Assembly (NCBI GenBank): GCA_030593295.1
Contig: JAUVHO010000006.1
Span: forward strand, 281-64,280
DNA from: Methanomassiliicoccales archaeon
GTDB lineage: Archaea > Thermoplasmatota > Thermoplasmata > RBG-16-68-12 > SOIM01
DNA length: 64,000 bases
Direction of reading: 5' to 3'
The notes under the pieces: generated by a model
Databases searched by the model: none
What the model saw: the letters and a program-made list of their open reading frames with translations, nothing else
What the model was told of the DNA's origin: nothing
Position numbers and translations under genes: made by a program
Shown here: piece by piece, positions 62,792-64,000 of the stretch
Numbering within the stretch: the first letter of the stretch is position 1
Layout of the letters: every line of letters starts with the position of its first letter

Positions 62792-64000
62792 TTATTCCAC
62801 CTTTGAGTTCGGTTCTGAGATCTCCTCACTGGATGCTGGAACTTCCTCATCTCTTCTCATCGCGATCTCTTCTCCCAAGGGCGCAACATCGATCTCATTC
62901 TGCCGGGCCGCTTCCAGAGCCAGCACAGCCGCTTTGGCAGCTTGTATCGTTGTGAGGAATGGTACGCCCAGGTCGATGGCGACCCTCCTCATCATGTGTC
63001 CGTCCCTCCTCGCTCCCCACGACTCTGTGGGCGTGTTTATCAGCAGATTGATCTTGGACTCCCTCATCAAACCTATGGCAGTCGGCGTTTTCTTCTCCTC
63101 GATCTTGCTCACTGCCGTTACCTCTATTCCATGTTCCCGCAGGTGTCTTGCGGTCCCGAGCGTGGCATAGAATTCGAATCCGTATTCAGACAGCTTCTGG
63201 GCAACTCTGGTTATCTCTTCCTTGTCCTCATCCCTGACGCTGATGAACACACTCCCCTTGAGAGGCAGTTCATTGCCTGCAGATATCATCGCCTTGTAAT
63301 AGGAGGTCCCGAACGAATCATCCAGTCCCATTATCTCTCCCGTGGATTTCATCTCCGGCCCCAGGATGCAGTCGACGCCCTGCAGCTTCTGGAACGAGAA
63401 CACCGGTGCTTTAACGGCCACCCTCCTCGTTTCAGCCTCTCCAACGTAGCCCAGTTCCTTCAGCGTGTATCCCAAGGCCACCTTCGTCGCGATCTTGGTC
63501 AGCGGGATTCCGATCGCCTTTGAAACATATGGGACAGTTCTGCTTGCTCTGGGGTTCGCCTCAAGGACGTACACAGTTCGGTCTTTGACGGCGATCTGGA
63601 TGTTTATGAGTCCTTTGATCACCAAGCCCCTGCACATCTCGACGGTGACCCTTCTTATCTCTCGGAGAATATCTTCGTCGAGGTTCTGGGTAGGAAGGAC
63701 GCAAACAGCATCTCCTGAGTGTACCCCGGCCTCTTCCACATGCTCCTGGATGCCTCCGATGAAGACATCTTCACCGTCCGATACCGCGTCAACATCTATC
63801 TCTATTGCATGGTCAAGGTACTTGTCCACCAGGACTGGATGTTTGCTGGAGATCTGCGTCGCCTCGCTGACGTATCTCTTGAGCTCTTCCTCATTGTAGA
63901 CTATCTCCATCCCCCTGCCACCCAGAACATAACTGGGTCTGACCAGAACCGGATATCCTATTCTGTCCGCGACCTTCTTCAATTCCTCGAAGGAGAACCC
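62792..64000 (-). CDS. carB: Carbamoyl-phosphate synthase large subunit, 3' part (the N-terminus lies beyond the window end)
   Basis: Motifs IGYPVLVRPSYVLGGRGMEIV and VLEANPRASRTVPYVSKA, plus the MGS-like C-terminal domain. The frame stays open upstream of the track Met to base 64000 (GFSFEELKK...). Confidence 0.95.
   Translation of the reverse strand, partial: GFSFEELKKVADRIGYPVLVRPSYVLGGRGMEIVYNEEELKRYVSEATQISSKHPVLVDKYLDHAIEIDVDAVSDGEDVFIGGIQEHVEEAGVHSGDAVCVLPTQNLDEDILREIRRVTVEMCRGLVIKGLINIQIAVKDRTVYVLEANPRASRTVPYVSKAIGIPLTKIATKVALGYTLKELGYVGEAETRRVAVKAPVFSFQKLQGVDCILGPEMKSTGEIMGLDDSFGTSYYKAMISAGNELPLKGSVFISVRDEDKEEITRVAQKLSEYGFEFYATLGTARHLREHGIEVTAVSKIEEKKTPTAIGLMRESKINLLINTPTESWGARRDGHMMRRVAIDLGVPFLTTIQAAKAAVLALEAARQNEIDVAPLGEEIAMRRDEEVPASSEEISEPNSKVE

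Overview
Archaeal chromosomal window. The diagnostic genes are eL24, eS28, L7Ae, aIF5B, Rpo6/RpoK, uS2, TiaS and two intron-containing tRNAs. All family calls come from motif recognition by eye; no database search was possible. Conserved housekeeping blocks: rpl7ae-rps28e-rpl24e-ndk-infB (49126 down to 45957, minus strand), rpoK-eno-rps2-Memo-like (39143-41976), purM, rlmE, tiaS, cutA, an Lhr-type helicase, a class III aminotransferase, an M50 site-2 protease and the 3' part of carB. There are two ABC transporters (ABC-2 type at 4877-7071, MacB/FtsX type at 59095-62788) and three tRNAs: Asn-GTT with an anticodon-loop intron, a CAT tRNA with a T-loop intron, and Glu-CTC. About 40% of the bases (25.3 kb) encode six giant predicted surface proteins of 1009+ to 1739 aa. 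The most interesting locus is 7703-22735 on the minus strand. There a Ras/Rab-like small GTPase heads a co-oriented array of three paralogous giant single-pass surface proteins. The cytoplasmic tails of the two largest look like Roadblock/LC7 (MglB-type) GTPase-partner domains, so the locus may be a receptor-to-GTPase signalling module; this is inference and needs profile and structure checks. Other notable points: a C/D-box-like (K-turn) element next to the SD of the L7Ae gene, a lysine-rich tail on eL24, a RadA-like HhH / long coiled-coil / RecA-KaiC protein with degenerate Walker motifs, three sub-60-aa ORFs absent from the ORF track, and a divergent pair of a giant HExxH/PKD protease and a giant repeat protein. 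No CRISPR array, rRNA, transposase or integrase was seen.
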